Of a stretch of 64,000 nucleotides of DNA, positions 38,545-47,998 are shown in pieces. The stretch spans positions 24,555-88,554 of the forward strand of contig JAOUGE010000002.1 of NCBI GenBank assembly GCA_029865605.1, given 5' to 3'. The position numbers were made by a program, and so were the translations under genes. A model generated the notes under the pieces. It did no database searches. It was not told the origin of the DNA and was given only the letters and a program-made list of their open reading frames with translations. The stretch is from Candidatus Berkelbacteria bacterium (GTDB lineage Bacteria; Patescibacteriota; UBA1384; DTJR01). How positions within the stretch are numbered: position 1 is the first letter of the stretch; each line of letters opens with the position of its first letter.

Positions 38545-38762
38545 AACTAAACCACATGTGCAGCCCCGCCTATGGTGGGGTGGGAAGTGAGGTTGGATTC
38601 CTCCACAGTCCCGCTACTGTAATCCTTTGAGCTTGCCCCGAGGCTTGCGCGAAGGGAGTCAGAAAACCAATATGTGGTAAAACCGCAGTCCGCCTCTTGG
38701 CGGAGGTGGTGCCTCGGTCGAGGGCAAGGTCAAACATGGCTTTGCGCCATGTTTTTGTTATT
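38545..38762 (+). promoter_or_regulatory. cobalamin (B12) riboswitch-like leader with an intrinsic terminator
   Basis: GGGAAGTGAGGTTGGATTCCTCCACAGTCCCGCTACTGTAATCC matches the cobalamin-element core (GGAA..GGUG.AA.UCC...C.G.CCCGC.ACUGU.A). GGGAGTCAGAAAACC resembles the B12 box. Terminator stem AAACATGGC/GCCATGTTT plus a T-run at 38733-38760. Confidence 0.65.
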
Positions 38763-38779
38763 AAAACAAAAGGAGACAC

Positions 38780-39151
38780 ATGAGGATAAAAAATAGTGTT
38801 ATATATAAAGTTATATTGATTTTAGTGTTAGGGGTAGGGATTTTGGGGCTTGCTGGTTGCGCAAGGAAAACGGAAACAAGCAGTGTAGAGCAGTCTAGTG
38901 TTGCTCAGGAGAAGACAATTGAGTATCAGGGGGAGGACGGCAAGACAGTTTGTGACCTCTTGCAGGCAAAATATCAAGTTGAAGCAAGCGAAGGTTCGAT
39001 GGGTATGCTAGTTAATTCAATTAATGGACTTAAAGCAACTGACAAGGAGTTCTGGCTCTATTCGGTTAATGATAAGCCTGGTGAAGTCGCCTGCGATAAG
39101 CAAGAAACAAAAACCGGCGATAAAGTTCTCTGGGAGTATAAAGGGTTTTAG
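38780..39151 (+). CDS. small lipoprotein, DUF4430-like (candidate B12-binding protein)
   Basis: Lipobox LGLAGC. The C-terminal pattern ...FWLYSVNDKPGEVACDKQETKTGDKVLWEYKGF resembles the W.Y.VNg......DGD.v.W.Y signature. Sits directly behind the riboswitch with an AAAGGAG Shine-Dalgarno. Confidence 0.5.
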   Translation: MRIKNSVIYKVILILVLGVGILGLAGCARKTETSSVEQSSVAQEKTIEYQGEDGKTVCDLLQAKYQVEASEGSMGMLVNSINGLKATDKEFWLYSVNDKPGEVACDKQETKTGDKVLWEYKGF

Positions 39152-39152
39152 G

Positions 39153-40511
39153 TTACTTAAATAAATACGACCAAATCGTATAAAAGCTCAGCAGGCCGAA
39201 GAAAAGCCAGATAAGAAAAATAATCACTTTGCGAAGGGTGCTTGTCTCAATTTGATGAGGCAGGGCTTTTCGGTTTAGAAGATAGGTTGCTCCTATGTGA
39301 ACAAACATCGCCACGGCGTTAATTACAGCGCTGGTGATGACCAGGGTGAACGGGTCGGAATAGCCCGAGAGGAAAACGATTATTCCAGCGATTATCTGGA
39401 GCCATAAAATCGTGTAATAAACCTTGGAGAGATTTGCCTCTGTTTTTAAAATAACGAAGTTCTCGCTCATAATTCTTGAAGTTGAATCGAGCACTGTAAA
39501 CTGGGTTGCAAAAAGCATTACCGCTGCGATGAGGATGAAGAGAACCCCCAAAGTACTCCCGAGTATTCCGCCAAGGATTTTTGACTCGTAAAGGATAAAA
39601 TCTATCCCCTGGCTAGTGTCGGACCCGCTGGTTGTTGAATAGGCAATTAAGGCAAGCAAGATTATTGTAAAGGCTCCGGCTAGAAGAAAAACTAAGCCGT
39701 GCTCTATATTGACCGCTTTCCACCAGAGCCGGAAGTTGCTGATGTTTTGATCAGTTAGGCTAAATCTTTCGCCCTTAAGCGATATTTTCTCGCTTTTTCT
39801 GGTCAGGACGCTGGTGATGCCTTTTGCGCCGGCGCACATGCCGTAGCCCTTTTCTTTAATATAGAGAGATTGGGCTAAATTGAGATTACCGCCGGCACCG
39901 GCGTAAGCTAATGCTCCTAGAAAGGTTAGAAGCGGCAAGTCTTTGGGGATAAAAATGAAACCATCGCCAACACCCATGAGGCCAAGCCCCAGAGCTCTAA
40001 GGTCTGATTTTGTCGCTATAAGGCAGGCAATAATAAAAAGCAAGGGAATTCCTACCGATACAATCACTTTTTGAAAGGTTTCAACTGTCTTGTAGAGGCG
40101 AGGACCAAGGGTTAGGATGGCACCGATTAAAAGAAGAAAAATGATTGCCAGGTACTCAAAGTGGGCAATGCCGAAAACCTGGGCGAAAAGTTTGGCGCTT
40201 GATGCAATAATTCCTGGCCAAATCCAAGCAATAAATGTTGAAAATATGAACCAATAGGGCGCCAGGCGGAAATATCGAGAAAAGCCGATAAAGATGCTTT
40301 CGCCCCAGGCCAAGCTGTAGCGCTCAATCTCCATGTTCATAAAAAATTGGGCGGTGATGCCCAAAACTGCTGCCCAAATGATACCAAGGCCGAACTTTGA
40401 AGTTAAGTATGGCCAGAGGATTATTTCGCCCGACCCGAGCCCAAGCCCAAGCAAAATTATGCTTGGCCCGATAAGATACTTAAGCCGAGGGGCCTTTGAG
40501 AGATTTGCCAT
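39153..40511 (-). CDS. NRAMP-related membrane transporter (variant motif GSGE in place of DPGN)
   Basis: About 11 TM helices. GPSIILLGLGLGSGEIILWPYL...GLGIIWAAVLGITAQFFMNMEIERYSLAWG is laid out like NRAMP TM1-TM2. Confidence 0.45.
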   Translation of the reverse strand: MANLSKAPRLKYLIGPSIILLGLGLGSGEIILWPYLTSKFGLGIIWAAVLGITAQFFMNMEIERYSLAWGESIFIGFSRYFRLAPYWFIFSTFIAWIWPGIIASSAKLFAQVFGIAHFEYLAIIFLLLIGAILTLGPRLYKTVETFQKVIVSVGIPLLFIIACLIATKSDLRALGLGLMGVGDGFIFIPKDLPLLTFLGALAYAGAGGNLNLAQSLYIKEKGYGMCAGAKGITSVLTRKSEKISLKGERFSLTDQNISNFRLWWKAVNIEHGLVFLLAGAFTIILLALIAYSTTSGSDTSQGIDFILYESKILGGILGSTLGVLFILIAAVMLFATQFTVLDSTSRIMSENFVILKTEANLSKVYYTILWLQIIAGIIVFLSGYSDPFTLVITSAVINAVAMFVHIGATYLLNRKALPHQIETSTLRKVIIFLIWLFFGLLSFYTIWSYLFK

Positions 40512-40559
40512 AGTTTAATTATACCAAGGATGATTTTTTTGGTATTGTGTAATTGAGTT

Positions 40560-41099
40560 ATGAAAAGAAAACTTAGAATTGCCCTGATAATTATTTTGGT
40601 TGCAGCTCTGGCAGCAGCTGTGGTGTTGTATTTGATTAGCAGGGGGCAAAAAGAATGCGACAGCTGTAACTCGCTCGAGGGAGTTCAGATTAACAGTAGT
40701 ACAGCTTCTGCCGTTAGCACGCCTATAGCATCGGTCAGTAAAAGCTCTTCTCCCCAAACTAGTTCGTTGGTTTATGAAAATAGTATTTACAAATTCAAGA
40801 TTACTTTGAGTGAAGTTTGGAAGGACTACTCCGTAGAGAAGGCTACGGCCCCCTCTGATCAATCGGCTGAAATCCAACTCGACTTTGTTCTGCCGAGCAG
40901 TTCGGGACGAGCTGTACCACTTTCGATTTTGGTCTATCCGATTGATAAAGTAAGTGAAAAACTTACTGGCTCAGTTGAAATTAAACGAAACAGCCAGTAT
41001 GTTTTTGGCTATAAAACCTGGTCGGCAGCGCCTTCGGATCTTCAGCAAGTCACGGAAAAAGAAATCGCCGATCGGCTAGAAACTTTTGTAACATATTAG
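40560..41099 (+). CDS. membrane-anchored extracytoplasmic protein, unknown function
   Basis: N-terminal TM (IALIIILVAALAAAVVLYLI) and an S-rich linker. Confidence 0.35.
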   Translation: MKRKLRIALIIILVAALAAAVVLYLISRGQKECDSCNSLEGVQINSSTASAVSTPIASVSKSSSPQTSSLVYENSIYKFKITLSEVWKDYSVEKATAPSDQSAEIQLDFVLPSSSGRAVPLSILVYPIDKVSEKLTGSVEIKRNSQYVFGYKTWSAAPSDLQQVTEKEIADRLETFVTY

Positions 41100-41171
41100 T
41101 TTGCAATTTTTAAATTTTGAGATTATATTTTTTAAAGTTAAGAATTTAGGGTTTCTCCCGAAAGGAGTTGC

Positions 41172-41336
41172 ATGTCTAAGACCGCATTAAAAATAGTATC
41201 GATATTGCTTATTTTAATGGGGATCGCAGCAATGAGACCGGAAAGTTTTTGGAGCTGTTCGGCTGATTGGTACGCCGTCGCCAAAATCATCGTTGGCGTT
41301 ATCGCCTTTGCCATTGCTTTTTCGGATAAGAAATAA
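41172..41336 (+). CDS. small membrane protein (54 aa), absent from the ORF track because it is under 60 aa
   Basis: ATG at 41172 four nt after an AAAGGAG Shine-Dalgarno. Two hydrophobic segments. Stop at 41334-36. Confidence 0.35.
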   Translation: MSKTALKIVSILLILMGIAAMRPESFWSCSADWYAVAKIIVGVIAFAIAFSDKK

Positions 41337-41343
41337 GTTAGTT

Positions 41344-41901
41344 TTACCAGTTCTTACATCTTGGTTCGTACCAGCTTTGAGGTTTCGCGCAGGCGGGGCA
41401 TTTTTCCGGTGCTTCTTTTCCCTTATGAACGTAACCGCAGTTTAGACATTTCCATTCAATCTCTTGATCGCGCTTGAAGACCGTTCCCGCTTCAACGTTT
41501 TTTAAAATATCTTTATAGCGGTCACGGTGTTTTTCTTCCACCTCTCCGATTTCTTTGAAGATGTCGGCGATTTCATCTTCTCCCTCTTCGCGGGCGATTT
41601 TTTCAAAACTTGGATACATCTCCGTTGTTTCGTAGTCCTCGCCGGCAATGGCGGCTTTTAGATTTTCAGCAGTTGTTGAAACGGGGTCATGAGCGACATC
41701 CGCGGCCGTTTTTGCGCCTTTTTCAACAAATTCCAGTTCTCTTTCGGCATGCTCCATTTCATTCCCGGCAGTTTCCTCAAATATCCTGGCGATTCCCTCA
41801 AAACCTTCGTCTCTAGCCTTGATGGCAAAGAAATTATATTTATTCCTTGCCTGCGATTCTCCGGCAAACGCCTTTAGCAAATTCTCTTGGGTTTTTTTCA
41901 T
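41344..41901 (-). CDS. rbr: rubrerythrin
   Basis: Ferritin-like diiron E..H motifs (EMEHAERE, EDYETTEMY) and a C-terminal rubredoxin-like CLNCGY...CPAC. Confidence 0.85.
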   Translation of the reverse strand: MKKTQENLLKAFAGESQARNKYNFFAIKARDEGFEGIARIFEETAGNEMEHAERELEFVEKGAKTAADVAHDPVSTTAENLKAAIAGEDYETTEMYPSFEKIAREEGEDEIADIFKEIGEVEEKHRDRYKDILKNVEAGTVFKRDQEIEWKCLNCGYVHKGKEAPEKCPACAKPQSWYEPRCKNW

Positions 41902-41957
41902 ATTGCCTTTCTTTTAGTTTTTCCTATTCCAATTGCTATAATAAATCAAGAGGGAGA

Positions 41958-43358
41958 AAAATGGAAGAAGCAAAGAAAAAGCCGAGTAGGAAAGTTTTGG
42001 AGAAATTAGCTAGTGTACCAGCAATAGCCGTTGAAGAGACAATTGAGGCAACTGAAACTGTTGGCAGGACAGTCATCAAGCAAGAGTCGGTTAAAAAAGC
42101 GAAGGAGTACTGGGAAATATTAGGCCCCGGTCTTTCAACCGGCGCGGCCGATGACGATCCGTCGGGAATTGCTACTTATTCCCAGACTGGTGCGCGCTAC
42201 GGATATTCTTTAGCCTGGCTAGCGGCCTTTAGTTTTCCTCTGATGGCGGTAGTTCAGGAGATGTGTGCCAGAATTGGCTTGGTGACGGGCCGCGGTTTGG
42301 CGGCTAACATAAAGCATTATTTCCCCAAATGGGTTCTTTATACGACAACAATTCTTCTTTTTATCGCAAATACCTTCAATATTGGGGCGGATTTTGGCGC
42401 TTTGGCAGCGGCGGTCAGACTGTTTTTTCCCACCCTTAGCTTTACCTTAATCGTAATCGCTTTTGCTGTGCTCATCTTGGGGTTACAGGTTTTTAGTTCC
42501 TATCGCAACTATGCTAAATATTTAAAATGGTTGGCCCTGGTTCTTTTTTCATATGTGCTCTCGACCCTGATGATTAGGGGATTAAATTGGCGCGATGTGG
42601 GTCTGAGTGTTGTCACACCCCACCTTGATTTTTCACGAGATCAAATCATATTGATTTGCGCCATTTTAGGGACGACTATTTCGCCGTATCTTTTTTTCTG
42701 GCAAACATCGCAGGAAATTGAAGAGAAGATAATGCAGGGAAAAACAAAGATTTCTGAAAGGCAGCATGATTTGAAAAAAAAGCATATCAGTGATATGAGA
42801 ATCGATGTTTGGTCGGGGATGTTCCTTTCCAATTTAGCGATGTTTTTTATTATCACTGCTTGCGCAGCAACTCTTAATGCTAGTGGGCTGACCAATATTC
42901 AAACAGCTGCCCAGGCGGCCGAAGCGCTTCGGCCGCTAGCAGGGGATTATTCGTATTTACTCTTCGCCGTTGGCATCATCGGGGTAGGGCTTTTAGGCAT
43001 TCCGATTTTGGCTGGCTCGGCATCATATGCAATTGCCGAAAGTTTCGGCTGGAAGGAAGGACTAAGCTATAAATTGAAGCAGGCCTCCGGTTTTTACGGA
43101 GTAATTATTCTCTCGATTGTGATCGGGCTTCTCCTTAATTTTGTAGGTCTTGACCCGATTAAAGCGCTTATTTACTCGGCAGTGGCCAACGGCCTTGTCG
43201 CACCGGTCGTTTTGGTCTTGATTGTTTTGCTAAGCTCTAATCGAAAAGTTATGAATCAATGGGTCAGTGGCCCAGCAACGAAAATTGTTGGCTGGGCGGC
43301 AACAGTCATTATGGTAATTGCCGGACTTGCTACGATCTATTCTATTTTTACTCTTTAG
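41958..43358 (+). CDS. NRAMP-family divalent metal (Mn2+/Fe2+) transporter
   Basis: GPGLSTGAADDDPSGIATYSQTGARYGYSLAWL...MAVVQEMCARIGLVTG. ATG at 41958 (MEEAKKK). Confidence 0.75.
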   Translation, partial: KMEEAKKKPSRKVLEKLASVPAIAVEETIEATETVGRTVIKQESVKKAKEYWEILGPGLSTGAADDDPSGIATYSQTGARYGYSLAWLAAFSFPLMAVVQEMCARIGLVTGRGLAANIKHYFPKWVLYTTTILLFIANTFNIGADFGALAAAVRLFFPTLSFTLIVIAFAVLILGLQVFSSYRNYAKYLKWLALVLFSYVLSTLMIRGLNWRDVGLSVVTPHLDFSRDQIILICAILGTTISPYLFFWQTSQEIEEKIMQGKTKISERQHDLKKKHISDMRIDVWSGMFLSNLAMFFIITACAATLNASGLTNIQTAAQAAEALRPLAGDYSYLLFAVGIIGVGLLGIPILAGSASYAIAESFGWKEGLSYKLKQASGFYGVIILSIVIGLLLNFVGLDPIKALIYSAVANGLVAPVVLVLIVLLSSNRKVMNQWVSGPATKIVGWAATVIMVIAGLATIYSIFTL

Positions 43359-44610
43359 GTCTTTTAATGATTGCCGTGGCTATTCTTTGGATCGCAATTA
43401 GATAGGCCGCCTCTCGCATCGTTATTTTTTTCTCTCTAGATTCTTGCTGGACGTCTTGGCAGGCTTTTTTCATTTGATCGATCAATTTCTTCTTGGCCTG
43501 CTTATACGAGAGTTTCTTGCCGGAAACATTTTCCTGCCATTCAAAGTAACTAGCTAAAACTCCGCCGGCGTTGGCTAGAATGTCGGGGACAACTACAACA
43601 CCTTTTTTGTTCAAGATAGCTTCTGCATCTTGGTCAATTGGTCGGTTGGCCATCTCAACTATTATTTTAGCCTTAATCTTGTGAGCGTTTTTACGAGTTA
43701 TGACGTTGCCGATTGCGGCCGGGATTAGGATATCTACCTTTGATTCGAGAATTTTGTCGGCTGCGATTTTATGGCAGTCTGTTGACGGCCCGTGGATCTG
43801 GCAGAAGCAGAGCTCGGGAATTTTTTTGCCCCTTTTGCTTTCGCGAGCGGTTTGGTAATAATCTAGGCCATCTTCGTGAACCGTCCCACCGTCGATATCA
43901 GCAATGCCCGTAATTTTGAATCCCATATGGTAAAGATGATGGGCAATATGGGCCCCAACATTGCCGAATCCTTGGATAGCAATCGAGATCTCCGAATTCG
44001 CCTTTTTAAAACATCCTCGAGCGATTTCTTCTGTCACTGCCGCTCCGCCGAGTCCTGTTGCTTCATCTCTTATTTTGATGCCACCGGATTTAACCAGCTT
44101 GCCGGTGATTACTCCCGGCTCTTTTTTGCCGGTATGCTTTTCGTAGGCCTCCTTGAACCAGCTCATTATTTGCGGGTTGGTGTTGATGTCTGGCGCGGGG
44201 ATATCTTTTTTCTCGCCGATAAAATCGGCAATCGCAATTGCGAATCTATGAGTTAGACTCTTTAATTCATTTTCAGTTAATTTCGAAGGATTGACCTTGA
44301 CTGCACCCTTCGCTCCGCCAAAGGGGATATTAATTAAGGCGGTTTTTAAACTCATCAGCGCTGCCAAGACTTTAACCTCATTAATGTCAACCTCTTCGTG
44401 GTATCTTACCCCACCCTTATAGGGACCGCGCACTCCTAGATGTTGGACTCGATATCCTTTGAAGACTTTGAATTTTCCGGTTTTCATTTTGACGGGAAAG
44501 CTGACCTCGATCGTTCTTTCGGGCTCAAGCATTTGGTCAATAATGTCTTCGGGTAATTTCAGCTTTCTGCCGGCTTTTGTTATTAGCTGGTGAATTTCTG
44601 AATAATCCAT
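43348..44610 (-). CDS. gdhA: glutamate dehydrogenase (Glu/Leu/Phe/Val dehydrogenase family)
   Basis: NIPFGGAKGAV (catalytic Lys region) and GFGNVGAHIAHHL (NAD(P)-binding). Confidence 0.85.
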   Translation of the reverse strand: MDYSEIHQLITKAGRKLKLPEDIIDQMLEPERTIEVSFPVKMKTGKFKVFKGYRVQHLGVRGPYKGGVRYHEEVDINEVKVLAALMSLKTALINIPFGGAKGAVKVNPSKLTENELKSLTHRFAIAIADFIGEKKDIPAPDINTNPQIMSWFKEAYEKHTGKKEPGVITGKLVKSGGIKIRDEATGLGGAAVTEEIARGCFKKANSEISIAIQGFGNVGAHIAHHLYHMGFKITGIADIDGGTVHEDGLDYYQTARESKRGKKIPELCFCQIHGPSTDCHKIAADKILESKVDILIPAAIGNVITRKNAHKIKAKIIVEMANRPIDQDAEAILNKKGVVVVPDILANAGGVLASYFEWQENVSGKKLSYKQAKKKLIDQMKKACQDVQQESREKKITMREAAYLIAIQRIATAIIKRPKE

Positions 44611-44750
44611 ATTCCTCCTCTATTTCTTAGACAATTAATAATATTCAGCTTTTACTGCTTTTGGCAAGGGGGGTGTGGGTAGGTTGAGGGTTGCTGGCAA
44701 ATCAATCTAGGGGCTGGTAAAATTGTCTAGAAGATAAAAGAGGGGCAAAA

Positions 44751-45467
44751 TTGAAGGGCGCACTGGTTTTTGGTGGTTCGGGAGGCATTGGCACGGCAAT
44801 TGCCGAGGAACTTAAAGATCTCGATTATAAAATTGTTGTTGCCGACCGCCGCGGGCCAAAACCTGAAACTTGTGACCATTACGTTCCGGTTGATGTGACC
44901 AAAGAAGCTGACATCAAGCGAGCGATCAGCTTTACCCAAGATAATTTTGGTACTTTGGATGCGGTCATAAATTCTCAAGGTATTTATATTCTTGAAGCGG
45001 CGGAGCTGACCAAGGTTAGTGATTGGCGCAAGATTATCGAGGTGAATCTAAGCAGCGTTTTCTTGGTCTGCAAGCATACTATTCCGATAATGAAATGGCA
45101 GAGACAGGGCGGGTATATTATTAACATCGCTTCGATGTCCGGACTTAGGGGACGAGCGGGTAAGGCGGCTTATTGCGCCAGCAAATTTGGGGTGATTGGG
45201 CTAACCGAATCTATTTATGAAGAATTGCGGGGAACAAAAATAAGGATTACAGCAGTTTGCCCCGCTTCAGTTGACACTTCGCTTACTAATAACAAGCATC
45301 TTTTGAAACGCGATGAGATTGAGAAAATTTTGCAGCCGGAGGATGTGGCTCGAGCAGTTGGAGAATTAGTTGAATCGAATCCGCGGGTACTGCGCAAAAC
45401 TGTAGTTTTGGATATTGAGCTAAAAATAGATAAGTTTCAGCGCCTAAAGACCTCAAAGTTGGAGTAG
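44751..45467 (+). CDS. short-chain dehydrogenase/reductase (SDR)
   Basis: GGSGGIGTAIA (TGxxxGxG), NSQG, and YCASK (YxxxK). TTG start at 44751 after an AGAGGGG Shine-Dalgarno. Confidence 0.8.
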   Translation: MKGALVFGGSGGIGTAIAEELKDLDYKIVVADRRGPKPETCDHYVPVDVTKEADIKRAISFTQDNFGTLDAVINSQGIYILEAAELTKVSDWRKIIEVNLSSVFLVCKHTIPIMKWQRQGGYIINIASMSGLRGRAGKAAYCASKFGVIGLTESIYEELRGTKIRITAVCPASVDTSLTNNKHLLKRDEIEKILQPEDVARAVGELVESNPRVLRKTVVLDIELKIDKFQRLKTSKLE

Positions 45468-45512
45468 GGAATAGCTCTTGACATAGTGTAAAGCGTACTT
45501 TACAATTGGGCT

Positions 45513-46244
45513 ATGAAAGAGCCGATTTCGACATATCTCAAGGGTTATAGGGAAAAGGCCGATTTGACTCAAGGGGAGTTGGCGGAAAAGCTGGGGATCT
45601 CGAGACAGTCTATCATTTCGCTTGAATCGGGAAGATGCATTCCTTCGGTTATGCTGGCTTTGAAAATCGCCAAATTTTTCGAGCTTCCAGTTGAGTTTAT
45701 TTTTAGAGAAAATTTTAATCAATTTGAGTCTCTGGTCGATGAAATAATTAATGAAAAGAAGGGAGATAATATGACAAGAGATCTTATGCCTTGGTCGCCG
45801 TGGCGAGAGATGATGAGTCTTCGGGAAAACATTGACAGGTTTTTCGAAGAGCCGATGTCTCCCGCGAGAGCGTCTAGCGGCATCTTCCATCCGGCCATTT
45901 CAATTCGTGAAACGGATAAAGAAATGGTTATTGAGGCCGATGTTCCTGGAGTTAAAGAGGAAGATATTGATGTCGAGATTGAAGATGATAAGGTTATCAT
46001 CAAGGGGGAGAGGAAGCACTCTCAAGAGGTAAAGAGGGAAAACTACTATCATATGGAGAGTTCATACGGTTCTTTCTCCAGGGTAATCGGCTTACCAAGC
46101 CATGTCCGGGCCGATAAAGCGGAGGCGGAGGTTACCGACGGAACACTCAAAGTGAGAATCCCCAAGATAGAAGAGAGGAAACCAAAGAAAATTAAAGTTG
46201 CGACCAAGAAAGTCGAAGCAAGCAAAAAAGCGATAAAAAAGTAA
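45513..46244 (+). CDS. XRE-family HTH domain continuous with an Hsp20 / alpha-crystallin domain (one ORF; an internal Shine-Dalgarno and ATG at 45768 could also give a stand-alone Hsp20)
   Basis: N-terminal LTQGELAEKLGISRQSIISLESGRCIPS. From 45768: MTRDLMPWSPWREM...IRETDKEMVIEADVPGVKEEDIDVEI...GTLKVRIPK. AAGAAGGGAGAT lies 4 nt before the ATG at 45768. Confidence 0.6.
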   Translation: MKEPISTYLKGYREKADLTQGELAEKLGISRQSIISLESGRCIPSVMLALKIAKFFELPVEFIFRENFNQFESLVDEIINEKKGDNMTRDLMPWSPWREMMSLRENIDRFFEEPMSPARASSGIFHPAISIRETDKEMVIEADVPGVKEEDIDVEIEDDKVIIKGERKHSQEVKRENYYHMESSYGSFSRVIGLPSHVRADKAEAEVTDGTLKVRIPKIEERKPKKIKVATKKVEASKKAIKK

Positions 46245-46263
46245 ACTCGCTTTCAAGTAATAG

Positions 46264-46288
46264 AAAAAGCCCCATCGCGGGGCTTTTT
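46264..46288. terminator. bidirectional intrinsic terminator
   Basis: AAAAAGCCCCATCGCGGGGCTTTTT, a GC stem flanked by A-runs and T-runs on both sides, between convergent genes. Confidence 0.75.
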
Positions 46289-46300
46289 CTATATAAAATG

Positions 46301-47998
46301 TTATATTACACTTTTCTGATAGCAATCTTCGCAGTAAACTTTCTCTGGTCTATCCGGTGCATAGGTCGTTTCAAATTCGTTTTTGCAACCTTGGTTCATA
46401 CATTTTCTATGCCAGAGTTTACGGGGGTTGCGTAAGGCAAAACGTTCTTTGTATCTAATATTATAGTGTTTGGTTGGAATAGGTATTTTATTTTTAAGAT
46501 AATATGCTAACTCTTGCGGCATAATTTTAAATGGTTTATTTGATATCTCACACTTTAGTATCCCAGCAAGCAGTTTTTCTCTTTCATTTTCATTTTCGAT
46601 GTATTCATCAATATCATCTTTTGGCTCATAAAATGGTCCGTTGTACTTAATGCCATAATCTTTATCCTGCCACTTAGCATCAAGCTTTAGAGCCCCCTCT
46701 TTTTCAAGAGGAAAGTAGTCCATAGCCACTGTCTCGTTATAGCCAAAGGGACTTATTGAAACAGGGAAAAACTCTCCCCATTCGCCGTCTTTTTGCATTT
46801 TCTCAATTATCTGACCCGTTAACTTCTCATATTCTTGTTTAGAGTATTGTTTATTTAAAATGCAATATTGTTTATGGCGAAGACCGACACAGCCGAAGCA
46901 ACGCGAACAATATTCGCAGTGATTACAATACAGGTTGTTGTCTCCGTATGTAGCCCAAGTGCAAAACAAGTGCTTGTATCCAGCAATGCTTTCTCCCTCA
47001 TAACAGAGCTGCATTTCAGCAGATATATTTAAATCCTGGCAATCTTTTGCATCGCTATCGATATTATAAATTTTTTTGCAACCCTCGCACTTATAAGAAT
47101 TATATGAATCCTTGCAGTTTTTGCATTCGACTAAATAATCACCAGTGCATCCCTCTGATTTCTTATTGTTGTCGGATTTTCTAATGACACCTAGTTTGAT
47201 CCTTTTAAGTTCATTTATCAGGTTCCTTTGGATAGAACGGCTGGACAGATTTATTTTTTTAAATTCTTCAAAATATTTTTCTTTTGTATACTTTTTGTTT
47301 TTGATGTAGTACTGCTTGTTTCGTAGGTTCGTGCATAGCAAGACATTGTTGCACCCCTTGCAATCGTACGAGAAATGGGATTCAGTGCAGTTCTCACAAT
47401 GCTCCAAAAAGGTGGATGAATTACACTTGTCACAGTCAGTACAAAAGTAGCAATTCTCGCAATTCCTAACATAGAAGCAGTCTACGCAATCTTTCACCCT
47501 AAGAATTTCATTCGAGTAATAGCAGCTTTCGGCATATCCAGCGATAAAACACAAATAAGAATCCTTTAGGTGCCAAACTTCTTGGCAATATTCGCAGTTT
47601 TCGACAATTGTGGAGAGGGTTGCGAGTTTTGGAACTTGTCTGAATAAACTTTCGAATTGGGAGAAAAAATCTCGTTTTGAATCAAAATCGCAGCCATATT
47701 TTAGCGGATCCCAGTCGTCTTTCCATATTTCAATATTTTTCCAGACTTTGTATGGTTTGTCCGGAGAGTAGATGCTAATAATATTTTCTTGCGTTTTATC
47801 ACACTTTCGTTTGTATAGATTGGTAGATGCTTCCCAAACCATTCGCCTTTGGTCTCTACATTTTGGACACAGTGTCGGCGGAGGAATTTCGTAGGTTTTA
47901 CCCGCAAAAGTAGGGGAGATTTTTTTATAGAACTCTAAATCCTCGTCCTCAACGACGAATTTCTGATCGCACTGTTTACAGGTCTTATTCATACTCAT
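46301..47998 (-). CDS. cysteine-rich protein, paralogue 1 of 3 (unrecognised family)
   Basis: 565 aa. N-terminal CKQCDQKF...LCPKCR, dense CxxC runs, and a C-terminal ...FETTYAPDRPEKVYCEDCYQKSVI. Its ATG overlaps the upstream stop (ATGA). Confidence 0.7.
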   Translation of the reverse strand: MSMNKTCKQCDQKFVVEDEDLEFYKKISPTFAGKTYEIPPPTLCPKCRDQRRMVWEASTNLYKRKCDKTQENIISIYSPDKPYKVWKNIEIWKDDWDPLKYGCDFDSKRDFFSQFESLFRQVPKLATLSTIVENCEYCQEVWHLKDSYLCFIAGYAESCYYSNEILRVKDCVDCFYVRNCENCYFCTDCDKCNSSTFLEHCENCTESHFSYDCKGCNNVLLCTNLRNKQYYIKNKKYTKEKYFEEFKKINLSSRSIQRNLINELKRIKLGVIRKSDNNKKSEGCTGDYLVECKNCKDSYNSYKCEGCKKIYNIDSDAKDCQDLNISAEMQLCYEGESIAGYKHLFCTWATYGDNNLYCNHCEYCSRCFGCVGLRHKQYCILNKQYSKQEYEKLTGQIIEKMQKDGEWGEFFPVSISPFGYNETVAMDYFPLEKEGALKLDAKWQDKDYGIKYNGPFYEPKDDIDEYIENENEREKLLAGILKCEISNKPFKIMPQELAYYLKNKIPIPTKHYNIRYKERFALRNPRKLWHRKCMNQGCKNEFETTYAPDRPEKVYCEDCYQKSVI

